A DNA stretch of 63,935 nt, the filler included, from Octopus bimaculoides (Eukaryota): the NCBI RefSeq assembly GCF_001194135.2. It is 8 parts of 8 records of this genome, joined end to end, with 100 filler letters (N's around TTAATTAATTAA, not from the genome) between each part and the next. Parts side by side here need not be neighbours in the genome. Positions count along the whole stretch, not along the records: positions 13,781 to 25,557 come from NC_068991.1; positions 25,658 to 31,062 come from NC_068987.1; positions 31,163 to 50,325 come from NC_069005.1; 5 more parts are not named here. One strand, 5' to 3'. Position 1 is the stretch's first letter. Each line of letters opens with the position of its first letter. The position numbers were made by a program, and so were the translations under genes. A model generated the notes under the pieces. That model worked only from the letters and a program-made list of their open reading frames with translations, was not told the origin of the DNA and ran no database searches. This document shows, in pieces, positions 23,336 to 34,377 of the stretch.

Positions 23336-23769
23336 AGAGAGATTTTAATAATATTGCTCAAAAGATTTTGTAATTTTGTTGAAATATATAAGCTAAAGAA
23401 GTTTATGATGATGATGACGAAGATGATGATGACGAAGATGATGATGACGACAGTGACAATGATAATCCAAGTGGTTAAGTATCTGCAGTAACAAATTAAA
23501 TTCTCTGTCGGATTTTGGTATATATGTCTATGTTCTGAGATCAAACCCTGCCAGGGTTACTGACTTTGCCTTTAATAATTCCAGAATTAATAAAATAGAT
23601 TCAGTATTGGGGTCTCCCTCTGTTGATGAGGTACCACTTCAGGAACTACGAAGAACGGCACCAATTTGTCTGCAGGTATACACAAGACTTCATCCTCCAG
23701 GTTGAATGTTGGGTTTATACAGGGTTAGCAACCTAGCCATATTGGAAATATTTCTTGTCATGAAAACAC

Positions 23770-24075
23770 TAACTTATGACCATCAGGTTGTGAGTTCGAA
23801 TCCCGGACCAGGCTGCATGTTGTGTTCTTGAGCAAGGCACTTTATTTCACGTTGCTCCAGTTCACTCAGCTGTAGAAATGAGTTGCGACATCAATGGTGC
23901 CAAGCTGTATCGACCTTTGCCTTTCCCTTGGATAACATCAGCGGCATGGAGAGATGAGTTTGGTATGCATGGGCAACTGCTGGTCTTCCATAAACAACCA
24001 TGCCCGGACTTGTGCCTCAGAGGGTAAGTTTCTAGGTGCAATCCTATGGTCATTCGGGACTGAAGGAAGTCTCCG
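23770..24075 (+). mobile_element. tRNA-derived SINE family G (CORE-like central region)
   Basis: Good B box GAGTTCGAATCCC followed by TTCTTGAGCAAGGCACTTTATTTCACGTTGCTCCAGTTCACTCAGCTGTAGAAATGAGT. A related reverse copy lies at ~57325-57513. Confidence 0.7.
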
Positions 24076-24100
24076 ATATATATGATATATACACACAAAT

Positions 24101-24222
24101 TGGTTTAAAATCTATGCCCTTGGTAACTCTGGATACCCAACACCTTGGGCTCTTGATACCGAGAAACTCTTCCCACACACCAACACTCATTACATCTATA
24201 AACCTTAAAGATTATATATGAG

Positions 24223-24266
<44 letters not shown>

Positions 24267-24470
24267 CAAAGACCTTGCCATATCCGAAAGATAGTGCATA
24301 CAATACAACAAAACTCTACAGAGTTTGAACACAGATCTCTATATCATAAGTTAGCCCTAGGGTATGGAAAAAATTCACAAAAAATGAAAACAAAAAAAAA
24401 TACTTAGAAAAATATGAGGAGAATAAGTTAGAAAATTATATTATATCACTTCATATACACACACACACAG

Positions 24471-24510
<40 letters not shown>

Positions 24511-24894
24511 CATGATAGTGTAACCCGTTTTTCAAAATTTTTAATTTTTTAGTTACCATCCTCATGTTTTTCTATAGCTAAGCTGACATTTAGACGACAC
24601 AAACATGTGGTCATCTATGGGGGTAGAGTGAATAGGATGAGTGTTAACTTACCTAGTAAGAGTTAAAGTAGGCAGTAGTATCTGGTTAGCTCAGAAATAA
24701 TGAGAGATAAATGACATGGTGGTTTGAAGAGGAGAATCTACCTTCTACCACTAAAAAGAAATGAAAATTTATCCCCACTAGAGACAAAGGGTTTGAAATC
24801 TATGCCCTTGGTAACTCTGGATATCCAACACCTTGGGCTCTTGATACTGAGAAACTCTTCCCACACACCAATACTCATTATTTCTATAAACCTT
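24101..24894 (+). repeat. Pair of ~105-bp near-identical direct repeats (24101-24206 and 24789-24894)
   Basis: AAATCTATGCCCTTGGTAACTCTGGATA.CCAACACCTTGGGCTCTTGATAC.GAGAAACTCTTCCCACACACCAA.ACTCATTA..TCTATAAACCTT occurs twice. Confidence 0.9.
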
Positions 24895-25110
24895 GAGGTG
24901 ACAAGCTGGCAAAATCGTTAGCATGCTGCAGAAAATGCTTAGTGGCATTTCATGTCTTTAAGTCTTGCGTTCAAATTCTGCTGAGGTCAATTTCACCTTT
25001 CATTCTTTCAAAGTCAATGAAATAAGTACCAGTTGATCACTGGAGTGATGTAATTGACTAGCCCCTGCGCCTTCTATATTTCAGGCCTTGTGCCTATCGT
25101 AGAAAGGATT
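24895..25110 (+). mobile_element. SINE family B monomer (ATT-tail type)
   Basis: Head, core and the tail TTTCAGGCCTTGTGCCTATCGTAGAAAGGATTATT. Confidence 0.8.
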
Positions 25111-25294
25111 ATTTCTATAAACTTTGACAGACAAACCTCCCTACTTTATTTTTTTCATCCAAAATCCCATTTCAAGGTATATTATCTAAACTCAAATTCC
25201 AACTTCAGCTGCAATACTTTTAAACCTATATATTATTTATATTTAAATTTTATTTTATTTACATTTTTAAATTATATATCTTTTGCTTCTTTTA

Positions 25295-25500
25295 TTTTTC
25301 AACTGGTTTCAGTCATTTGATTGTGGCCATGCTGGAGCACTGCCTTTAGTCAAACAAATAGGCCCCACGACTTATTCTTTGTAAGCCTAGTACTTATTCT
25401 ATAAGACACTTTTTGCTGAACAGCTAAGTTATGGAGACGTAAACACACCAACAATGGTCATCAAGCGATGGCGGGGGGACAAATACAGACACACAAATAT
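25295..25500 (-). mobile_element. SINE family A, 3' half
   Basis: Reverse complement match. Confidence 0.8.
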
Positions 25501-25511
25501 ATACATAAATA

Positions 25512-25557
<46 letters not shown>

Positions 25558-26022
25558 NNNNNNNNNNNNNNNNNNNNNNNNNNNNNNNNNNNNNNNNNNN
25601 NTTAATTAATTAANNNNNNNNNNNNNNNNNNNNNNNNNNNNNNNNNNNNNNNNNNNNTATATTATATAAGAAGAAAGAAGATCTAAGCTCGACGAATTAA
25701 TGGTTTAGAACTTTAGGTTTCAAACTTCTTTTGTTTCGCACCTCCTTTTAACAATTTGTAAAAACTAACGCCTTCTAATATACTTGGAAGTCGTTAAGGA
25801 CTGGACGATTCCAGAAATACAAAAGAAATAGTATGCATAAGGAAGATCAGCTTTGTCAAAATTTTAGCACGTGCCGGTAATAAAAAAAATTTAGCAACTT
25901 TAATACACATTTATTTTTAAGCAATGAGCATGAACAAAACTGATTACTGCAAAACAAAAATGAAAATATCATTAAATTTATATAATTTAATGGCTGCCAT
26001 GAACCTGATGGTAATTTTCTAA

Positions 26023-26394
26023 TTATTACTTCCGCCTGAGCGAAGGTGGAGGTGTTGTTTTCAGTCGTGTTTGTTTATTAGTTTGTCCGTGGAAAGATAT
26101 CTCAAGAACCGCTGGATGGATTCGGATGAAACTTTCAGGGACGTTAGGCCTCGTCACTGGCACGAACGGATTAGATTTTAGGATCGATCTGGTACCGGAC
26201 AAGGATTCTGGATTATTCTTCCTGCTTTTTTACTTAATTTTTGAGAGCGGTCGGATTCATTTTTAGTATTCTTGTTTGTGAAAGCATTCGAGTTTATTTT
26301 AGATATTCTCATCTTAAAAATCATCTCTGGGTAATCGTCGAGAAGATGTTGGTGTTGCCTTGTCGGAGGTTTGCGCTCTCTGAGTGCTCTTGTT
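26023..26394 (+). mobile_element. HINE/DINE-1-like non-autonomous Helentron element
   Basis: 5' TTATTACTTCCGCC sub-terminal repeat with a nearby inverted partner GGTGGAGGT, a GTTT-rich stretch, a 3' sub-TIR GTCGGAGGT, a hairpin GCGCTC-TCT-GAGTGC and T-rich flanks. Confidence 0.7.
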
Positions 26395-26399
26395 CAATA

Positions 26400-28260
26400 T
26401 TAGGTTTTGTTTTTTGACAAATGAAATGTCAAGTCTTCACTTTCATATATTTAAAAATCTATTTCACTGTTTAGTGCACAATTATAATACAGCAGTGAAT
26501 CCTGGACCAAATACGAAGAAGGAAAGGCAATGAGCTGCAATTTTATCTCTTGATAAAGCTTGTTTCTTTTTTATCTTTGGTTAGAATACCTCATAACCGA
26601 TGCTGTTGAAACAGTACTTGATCTTAAAAATTCTGCCGTACATCTATTAATCTTTCTGGTAGATTTAGATGAGCAAAACGTGTATTGAAAAGAAACAAAT
26701 TTTTTCAGACAACCAAGGTCTTTAAATCTGATCTTCATATCATCTTTCTGAGCTGAAGACGATAGCAATAACATCCCAGATTTATATCTAATATCAAATC
26801 ACCATCGGTATTTTATTTCATTATTTGTGTAATCAGAAACTCTTAGCGATCACATCCTGGAATGTTATTGTTTGTAAAATGTAATTTTGTAGATGAAAGG
26901 TCTAATGCTATTTACTTTAATAAGGCACCACTTATATCCCTGTAAGCTGATGTTCATCTCATTTAATTTATTGAAGACGTTTGAAAGATAAACAGTATCA
27001 ACCCTTTTAGTTTTCAAACTAATTATACATTTTGTCATGACGCGAATTAAAATATTTTAAAATGGTACCAGAAACATCAAAAGACTGTCGTAGCATGTAT
27101 TCTTAATATTCTTATCAATGGATGAAATTTAAACCTATAAACTATTTTAATAACCTTTATACTGTTTACCATTCAGTTGCAGTGGTTCCGCGTCAGTGAC
27201 TAGGTCGCAATTGTTGCGACAAAAATCTCGACACCAAATAATAATGGTTTAAATGAAGTTAAGAAATTTTGTGTATTTCTGAGTGGCTAATGTGTGTCTC
27301 CCACGCTGTAATTGTTTTAGTTTCAACAGACGTACACAGATCAAATTAATTGCCAGGCAAGTATATCTCCGAAATACCATTGAGATGTTTTGCAGCCAAG
27401 CGTTGCCGATGAATAACGCAGTGAACCAGAAAAATATTTGAATCTGCTTGTTTTAAATGTGCTGTAAATCCAGGATTGCGAACTTTTAAACACTCGCTCC
27501 ACCCGTAACACATGTAATATTAATAAAAATCGTTCAAATACTCTATGAATTATAAAACGTTTTATATCAGTTTTCAGTTGTTCACCAAATAGGTATTCTT
27601 TTATAGCTTCTTGATTCGCATGTGAAAAATAGCAGATTAATAACAATGTTTTGGGTGTCACATAAAGTTGTCTCATCGAGTTGTAAAGAAAATTCTGGAG
27701 ATTTTTACATTACATAAAATTTAATTTTTCAAGGTCATATGCAATTTGGTCGATATTTTGTTGATACTGAGAGAAATTAGTGATGTTATATTATTTTTAA
27801 CAGAGACGAGCACAGCATTTATAACTTCATTCACTGACAAAATTGGAAGAGGTTTCACTAGTCGTGTGAGATTTCCTACATTTGGGGATCAATTCTGAAA
27901 TATTGTAAAAGGCAATTAATCCTTTCCCTAGTCGGCTACTTTGTTTTACAACCAACTCATTAACTGCAGATCGATTTTTTTTTATATATCCTTTTCTGTT
28001 TCTTTTAATCCTGAATGTATCCAACTTGCAGTTTTTTTTTTTTTTGCTTTATCTCCATGTATTGCTTTTGAATAATCAATCATTCTTGAAGGTCTCATTC
28101 CTTCGTTTGAGAAAGTTTTTTTCACATAATAAACACATTGACAACAATTTAGTATTAATGGATGGAATAACTTCGTTTTTGCAAATATTTGCACGAGTAT
28201 TTGACTGTTGGTGACACTTTCTTTACTCGCTTTCTTTCACGACGCTAACCACAAACATCG
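26400..28260 (-). pseudogene. hAT transposase relic (Buster/Charlie-like)
   Basis: Fragments in order: MCLLCEKTFSNEGMRPSRM (BED finger), GLIAFYNISELIPKCRKSHT, FSLQLDETT (catalytic D), AIKEYLFGEQLKTDIK, GFTAHLK...HCVIHRQRLAAKHL (CxxH), and a PSSYLV-type dimerisation tail. Many stops and frameshifts. Confidence 0.85.
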
Positions 28261-29669
28261 GTGATGTTTACTTTTATCATGTTGAAGAATTATAGCAAAA
28301 AAAATTAACTTAAGAAATAGCTTCAATCGAATACTATATGCAAAATATTGAGAAATGTTTCCTTTATGCGGATTTAAATGTAAATAATTGATTACACGAT
28401 ATAATTAAGTTTATTATTGAGCAAAACATTCAAAATATATACGCTGAAAGTGTATTTATTTGAGAATTAACAAAAAATATTTGGAAATGAACAAAGGTTC
28501 ATTATAATTTCATTAGTCAATATTTTCATATTTTTTTCTTTCAATACTTACAGACACTATATTATGCAGAATATCCTTCACTGATATGGTTTACAAAAAA
28601 TAAAATAAGATTAAACGATTAAAGTTTTATAATGATGTTACTGCTGAAAAAATCAAACCAATACCTATACATGCATTCATCTGATTGGTGCCATTTCGTT
28701 TCACCGTTTCACCTTCTCTGCTATTTATTGTTTTTAATAGAAATTCACTGAAATAATTACGATTGATATCATTCATTATCAACGTGAATTTTGAAAGCAT
28801 AATAATAAATAATAATAATAATAATAAAACATTAATGAGTTTACGTTTATCGGACAACATTCAAGAACGAAAGTATTCAATAACAGAAACATTAAACCAA
28901 CGGAAGTGTTCAATAATAAAAGCATTAAGCCAGCGGAAGTAGTCAATGAAAAAGACTTTCATTTTCCACATGTCGATTCGTGAGGTCGCCATTTATGATA
29001 TTAACTTTACAATGACGTTTGTACTCGATACCATAAAATAAATAGTCAATCACTATTCAATCATTTTAAACTTCTTGAAAAAGATTATTTACTTTTATCC
29101 TGCCACAGATTTAAACAATTTATTACCCAGTAATTTGGTTTATGATGGTATTAATTTTAAGCATGTGAGTCAAAACCAGAATAAAAATAAAAGCTGCTGA
29201 TCAATAAAATTTTAATCTTCAATACTATTTAATCAGTTTTAATTAATTCTTCCTCTGAAAAATTGATAAATAACAGCGCTCATTATGGCAATCTTTGATA
29301 ATAGCGTGCCACTTTCTTTTTTCTCATACTATAACTTGCATCATTTCGCTCGTCGACCAAAAAAGATTTTTAATATTCTTTTCTTTTTTTTATGCCGTGC
29401 TGCAGTTATCTGATATCATGGTGGATATTTTGGGGCGTAGTTTAGAATTTGTATTATTGTTTCCGTTGTTGTGGCTTAAGTGAAAGAATATGATTCCAGT
29501 CGATTATTTTTTTCTTGCTCACTATGTTGCTAATTTTTTGTCGTGTTCATGGCAATAACAGCTACAACAACATTAAAAAATTCCACGCAATCTGATGAAA
29601 TCACACCCTCCGAGAACTGTGAAGTCGATACCGCAAACGTATATATATATTCCTTTTATTTTTAATCAT

Positions 29670-29860
29670 TTAATTACTCCTGTCATTGGACTGTGGCAAT
29701 GCTGAGGCACTACGAAGTCGAACAAATCGGTCCCAATGAATATCTATTAGTCTGGCATTTATTGTATCGCCTATTTTGGCGAATCGCTAAGTTATGAGGA
29801 TGTAAACAAACTAACATCGGTTGTCAAACAGTTAGGGCACAGACACAACACAAAGACACG
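29670..29860 (-). mobile_element. Old SINE family A 3' half
   Basis: GTCATTGGACTGTGGCAATGCTGAGGCAC...GCTAAGTTATGAGGATGTAAACAAAC..CATCGGTTGTCAA. Confidence 0.6.
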
Positions 29861-29877
29861 CGCACACACATACATTC

Positions 29878-29967
<90 letters not shown>

Positions 29968-30339
29968 CACAAGCTTCCAAACAGTTCTGCCCCCCTCTCT
30001 ATCTGTCTCACTCTCTCTCTATATATATGTATATATATATATGTGTGTGNNNNNNNNNNNNNNNNNNNNNNNNNNNNNNNNNNNNNNNNNNNNNNNNNNN
30101 NNNNNNNNNNNNNNNNNNNNNNNNNNNNNNNNNNNNNNNNNNNNNNNNNNNNNNNNNNNNNNNNNNNNNNNNNNNNNNNNNNNNNNNNNNNNNNNNNNNN
30201 NNNNNNNNNNNNNNNNNNNNNNNNNNNNNNNNNNNNNNNNNNNNNNNNNNNNNTATATATATATATATATATATATCACGTGCTTCCACAGTTCGAGTGC
30301 AGTTCAGAATTTCTGTACTGTTGCAAATTTGGACCAAGT

Positions 30340-30790
30340 TTCAGGTAATTTTGATTGAAGTACAACTTAAATTCAACTGTTTTGCTAATTCTTGTGCAGT
30401 TTGTTTCGGATTTTCCTCAACTACGATTCTCAGAAACTCAATATTAATAGAACAGGGTCGTTCAGATCGAGTGAAATCTGTGAGATAAAATTTTCAAACA
30501 AAAACTGGCCAAATCATCTTTGGCATGTCCAGACACTTCAAGCTTCATTTCTATAAACACAACGAATATTCTTTGCTGCTTTTATTGCTGAAGAGGTACT
30601 TTTGAATTCATACACATTGCAGCATCTAATATTGGCCTGATCTAAACTCATTTTAGAAAAGTAAGATCGATACGAATTTAACAAATATGGTATAAAGTAG
30701 TTGGCAGAGAAAGGGGGAAAAATCATAAGAATATCAAAATTAAAGGGTTTTCTTCGGCTTAAATTTTGAAAAGTACACTCAGAGTGATCA
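30340..30790 (-). mobile_element. mariner 5' fragment
   Basis: MSLDQANIRCCNVYEFK...AIKAAKNIRCVYRNEA and RSERPCSINIEFLRIVVEENPKQTAQELAKQLNLS (two HTH motifs). Confidence 0.7.
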
Positions 30791-30816
30791 TAAATACATA
30801 CATATATCTATATATG

Positions 30817-30882
30817 TATGTGTATGTATGTATGTATGTATGTATGTATGTATGTATGTATGCATGTATGTATGCGTGTATG

Positions 30883-30916
<34 letters not shown>

Positions 30917-30950
30917 TCTATCTATCTATCTATCTATAGATAGATAGATA
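30817..30950. repeat. (TATG)n/(TATC)n microsatellite
   Basis: Seen directly. Confidence 0.95.
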
Positions 30951-31179
30951 CTTTATTGTAATTAAATATTCTAAATGACTTGAGATACCCTTCCTGCCTC
31001 GTTTTTTTTGTCCTTTTTCCACTTATATATATATATATATATATGTTTGATATATATATATANNNNNNNNNNNNNNNNNNNNNNNNNNNNNNNNNNNNNN
31101 NNNNNNTTAATTAATTAANNNNNNNNNNNNNNNNNNNNNNNNNNNNNNNNNNNNNNNNNNNNCACACATATATATATAT

Positions 31180-31330
31180 GACGAGCTTCTTTCAGTTTCC
31201 GTCTACCAAATCCACTCACAAGGCTTTGGTCGGCCCGAGGCTATTGTAGAAGGTGCCACGCAGTAGCACTAAACCCGGAACCATATGGCTGGTAAGCAAG
31301 CTACTTACCACACAGTCACTCCTGCGCCTA
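31180..31330 (-). mobile_element. SINE family A, 5' half
   Basis: Reverse complement match. Confidence 0.8.
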
Positions 31331-31352
31331 TACACACATATATATATGTACA

Positions 31353-32207
31353 TACGAGGTTTGATCACTAAGTATCCGGAATGTTGCCATAGTAACGAAG
31401 CTAAATCACACAAAGAAAAGCCGCTTGCTAAAGATTGACCTTGAACTCTGCTGTCCATGTGTATTAAGTTTCAACGTTCTAGCTCACTTTTGCTGTTTAC
31501 GGCAGTGCTTGGAAGGAAGGTGTGTTGCGTGTGCTCGTCGCATTGACCATGACAGACACTTGTAATAACGATACCTGCTCAGAGGCCTACGAAAAGTTGC
31601 AGAAAGTGTACGGATAGGAGTTTATGAGCCGCACACAAGTGTACGAGTGGTTCAGCCGTTTCCAAGGTGGTCGAAAAAATGTCGATATTGACGAACATTC
31701 TGGAAGGCCCGCAGCTATCAGAATTGAGAAAAAACATCACAGATGTGCGTGCAACTGAGGGGAAATCGTCGAACCACCATACGTAAGTTATCAGAAGATG
31801 TGAAGATTAGTTACGGTTTAGTTCAGTCCATTGTCACTGAAGATTTGGGTATGAGACACGTATCTGCCAATTTTGTGCCGAAACTGCTTTCAGCTGACCA
31901 AAAAGACACTCGGGTTTCCGTTGCACAAGATCTCCTTGATTGTATCGAGAACGATGAAAACTGTTTGGAAACTTTGTGTAAACCTTTGAGCAGGTACCGC
32001 CAAGCTTTTTGCAAAATTTGATGCAGATTTTCTGCTCAGCTTTCTCTGTCATGGTCAATGCGACAATCGCACGAAGTGGACTATAACATTAAAACTTAGT
32101 GTACATGCACATCGGAGTTCAAGGTCAATCTTTGGCAAGTGACTTTGCACTGTATGCATTAGCTTCGTTACTATGGCAACATTCCGGATACTTATTAATC
32201 AGACCAC
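31353..32207. mobile_element. mariner derivative built from two inverted 5' ends
   Basis: Left TA-CGAGGTTTGATCACTAAGTATCCGGAATGTTGCCATAGTAACGAAGCTAA is mirrored at the right end. The left arm encodes SRTQVYEWFSRFQGG...HSGRP and RRTTIRKLSEDV...MRHVSANFVPKLLS; the right arm encodes MTEKAEQKICIKFCKKLG on the minus strand. Confidence 0.85.
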
Positions 32208-32406
32208 ACACAAACACAGACAAGAACACACACACGCACACATATATATGGGTGGTTTATTAGCAATTTCACAACCTAAGAGCAAATTTATAGACATCAC
32301 TAACGTGACAGAGGCTACAAAGTGGTACTGGCACTGCTAGAAATAACAGTCAAAACTGCTCATTAGCCACGAGAGCACTATCTTAATAAGTTGACAACGG
32401 AAACAA

Positions 32407-32707
32407 AGCATCCTACGGTCGCAGATATAGCCATATCACTAATGATTTCGAATTTTGGTGCAGAGCATCTTAATTCTCGTCAGTGGCTCCTCAACTTATA
32501 AGAAAAACCGTTGAAAACATTATTTATAATTTTCACTTCTACCGTTTTTGAAATCAGCACATGCTTTCAACGGTTTTTCTTATAATTTGACGAGGTGAGT
32601 TGAGCTTAACCCTCTGCGCAGTAAGAGCCACTGATGAGAATTAAGTTGCTCTGCATCAAAATTCGCAATCACTAGTGATATGGCTATACCTGCGACCGTA
32701 GGGAGCT
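32407..32707. mobile_element. Foldback/hairpin MITE with ~110-bp inverted arms
   Basis: CCTACGGTCGCAGATATAGCCATATCACTAATGATTTCGAATTTTGGTGCAGAGC... pairs with ...GCTCTGCATCAAAATTCGCAATCACTAGTGATATGGCTATACCTGCGACCGTAGG. There is also an inner pair TTATAAGAAAAACCGTTGAAA / TTTCAACGGTTTTTCTTATAA. Confidence 0.8.
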
Positions 32708-32740
32708 CTTGTGGCTAATGAGTCGTTTTGGCACTTATTT

Positions 32741-32810
32741 CTAGCTTTGCCGGTACAAATTTGTACGGTACAAATTTGTACCCTTTTAGTGACGTCTCTC
32801 TATATATAGG
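32741..32810 (-). mobile_element. Possible miniature Helitron
   Basis: Minus strand starts CCTATATATAGAGAG and ends with the palindrome GTACAAATTTGTAC (duplicated) followed by GGCAAAGCTAG. The flanking nucleotides do not fully fit the A|T rule. Confidence 0.35.
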
Positions 32811-32859
32811 TATAAACGTGCAACGGAACCAACTTCGTGCGAGCGTGAAGGCACGCTGG

Positions 32860-33100
32860 CAAAACGCTGCTCCTGTCATTGTGGTTTTGTGGCACGAAGC
32901 ATAGCAGACCTTGCCGTCCACGCAAGGAAACACAGTAAATGATCCACAAGCACTCAAGCAAACTGAGTCCTCCACTCGTTCCCTATGCCGAAAGGTTTGC
33001 CAGGCACCAACAGGCCTAAAAAAACACATTCGTGTCCATGGAACATGATTACCGCTTTATTTTATTGAACACTCATTGACGAGAGAATCCACCATCATGA
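32860..33100 (+). mobile_element. RTE-type LINE 3' end with two degenerate C2H2 fingers
   Basis: CHCGFVARSIADLAVHARKH and SLCRKVCQAPTGLKKHIRVH. The end GACGAGAGAATCCACCATCAT resembles the RTE tail at ~36940-36960. Confidence 0.6.
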
Positions 33101-33120
33101 TATATATATTTTGGGACCAG

Positions 33121-34070
33121 CCAGATTTGAACAGTCTCAAGCGTAACCGGCCGAAACTGTAAGGATGATTTGGAAACTTGACTGACGAGAGAAGACTGCA
33201 ACTGACCGGTCCATGTTTTTCTTGTCCGGTTTTGTATCGTCTATCTGTCCGGATCTCTTATTGTCGTCTGTTGCGTTCTTGTTCCAGATTTTGGATTTAT
33301 ATATAAAGCGGTGTACGTACACTTTTGTTCACCTTGTAAGTATGTATCTAAATTCTGTACGAATCTTTTACTCTTTCTTTTAGTCCCCCTCATACATTCT
33401 TCCTTCTTTCCTCTTTTCTTTTTCTTGCTTCCTCTTGATCTTCTTTCTCTTTTATCTTCCTACTTCCCCTCCTCGTTTATCTCCCTTGTACTTTTCTCTA
33501 TGTCCCTTTGATTTTATCTCTTTCTCGTTCTTCCCCTAATTCTTCAATCCCTCTGCCCCTACTTCTATATTTTCCTTCCACGTGACCGGTGTTCGACCAA
33601 GTATGATCTTTCTTTTTTGGATCGACTGTCTGCCGCGAAGCATTTCTTATATTCCTGTCTCATAACTTTCGTCTCTTATGTTCATCTCCTATGTTCCTGT
33701 TTCAAGGCTTTCACTCTACAAACGCCTACTCAACTTGATTCGTCTTTATTAATCGAAAGACACCTGTTGATATTTTCTTGTTGCTTGTATTTATAATTGT
33801 GTAACATTTTCTTCGTTTTATTTTTTTGTCTTTGTTATCGTACACATTCACTTGCTTTCTCCCCCAAATTTAATGCTCTTAACATCCAGATTTGAACAGT
33901 CTCAAACGTAACCGGCCGAAACTGTAAGGATGATTTGGAAATTTGACTGATGAGAAAAGATTGCGAATGACCGGTTCTTGATTTTTCCTGCCGTCTTTTT
34001 ATCGTCTATCTGTCCGAATGTTTTGTTGTCGTCTACCGTGTTTTTGTTCCATTTTATGGATTTATATATA
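33121..34070. repeat. Element with ~185-bp direct terminal repeats (33121-33305, 33887-34070) around a pyrimidine-rich core
   Basis: CCAGATTTGAACAGTCTCAA.CGTAACCGGCCGAAACTGTAAGGATGATTTGGAAA.TTGACTGA.GAG... occurs twice. The core is non-coding. Confidence 0.8.
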
Positions 34071-34377
34071 TATATATGTATGTACAGGTGAGCTAAGTTA
34101 TAGGTTATAACAACCGTCTAAGAGATACTTGTATCCAATGGACCCACAGGTGTATTACCTATATTTACTCATGAACATTTGTTTTAATGCTCATAAATGA
34201 TAGGAAATGACAAGAATAAACTAGAGTTTATCAATATTCAAGGAAAAATAGAAAATGGAGATAAAATTGATGAATAACAATTGACTTACATCAATTATCG
34301 TTTATTAATTAATTAATGATAATGATGTTTCCAAGTTAGGTCACAATCCTATTAATAATGTACCGAAAAGAACTCAC

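Noticed and set aside
33145-33215. Functional hammerhead ribozyme call
   Set aside because: The core boxes are present, but helices I and II do not pair by hand. Kept only as a hypothesis in the findings.
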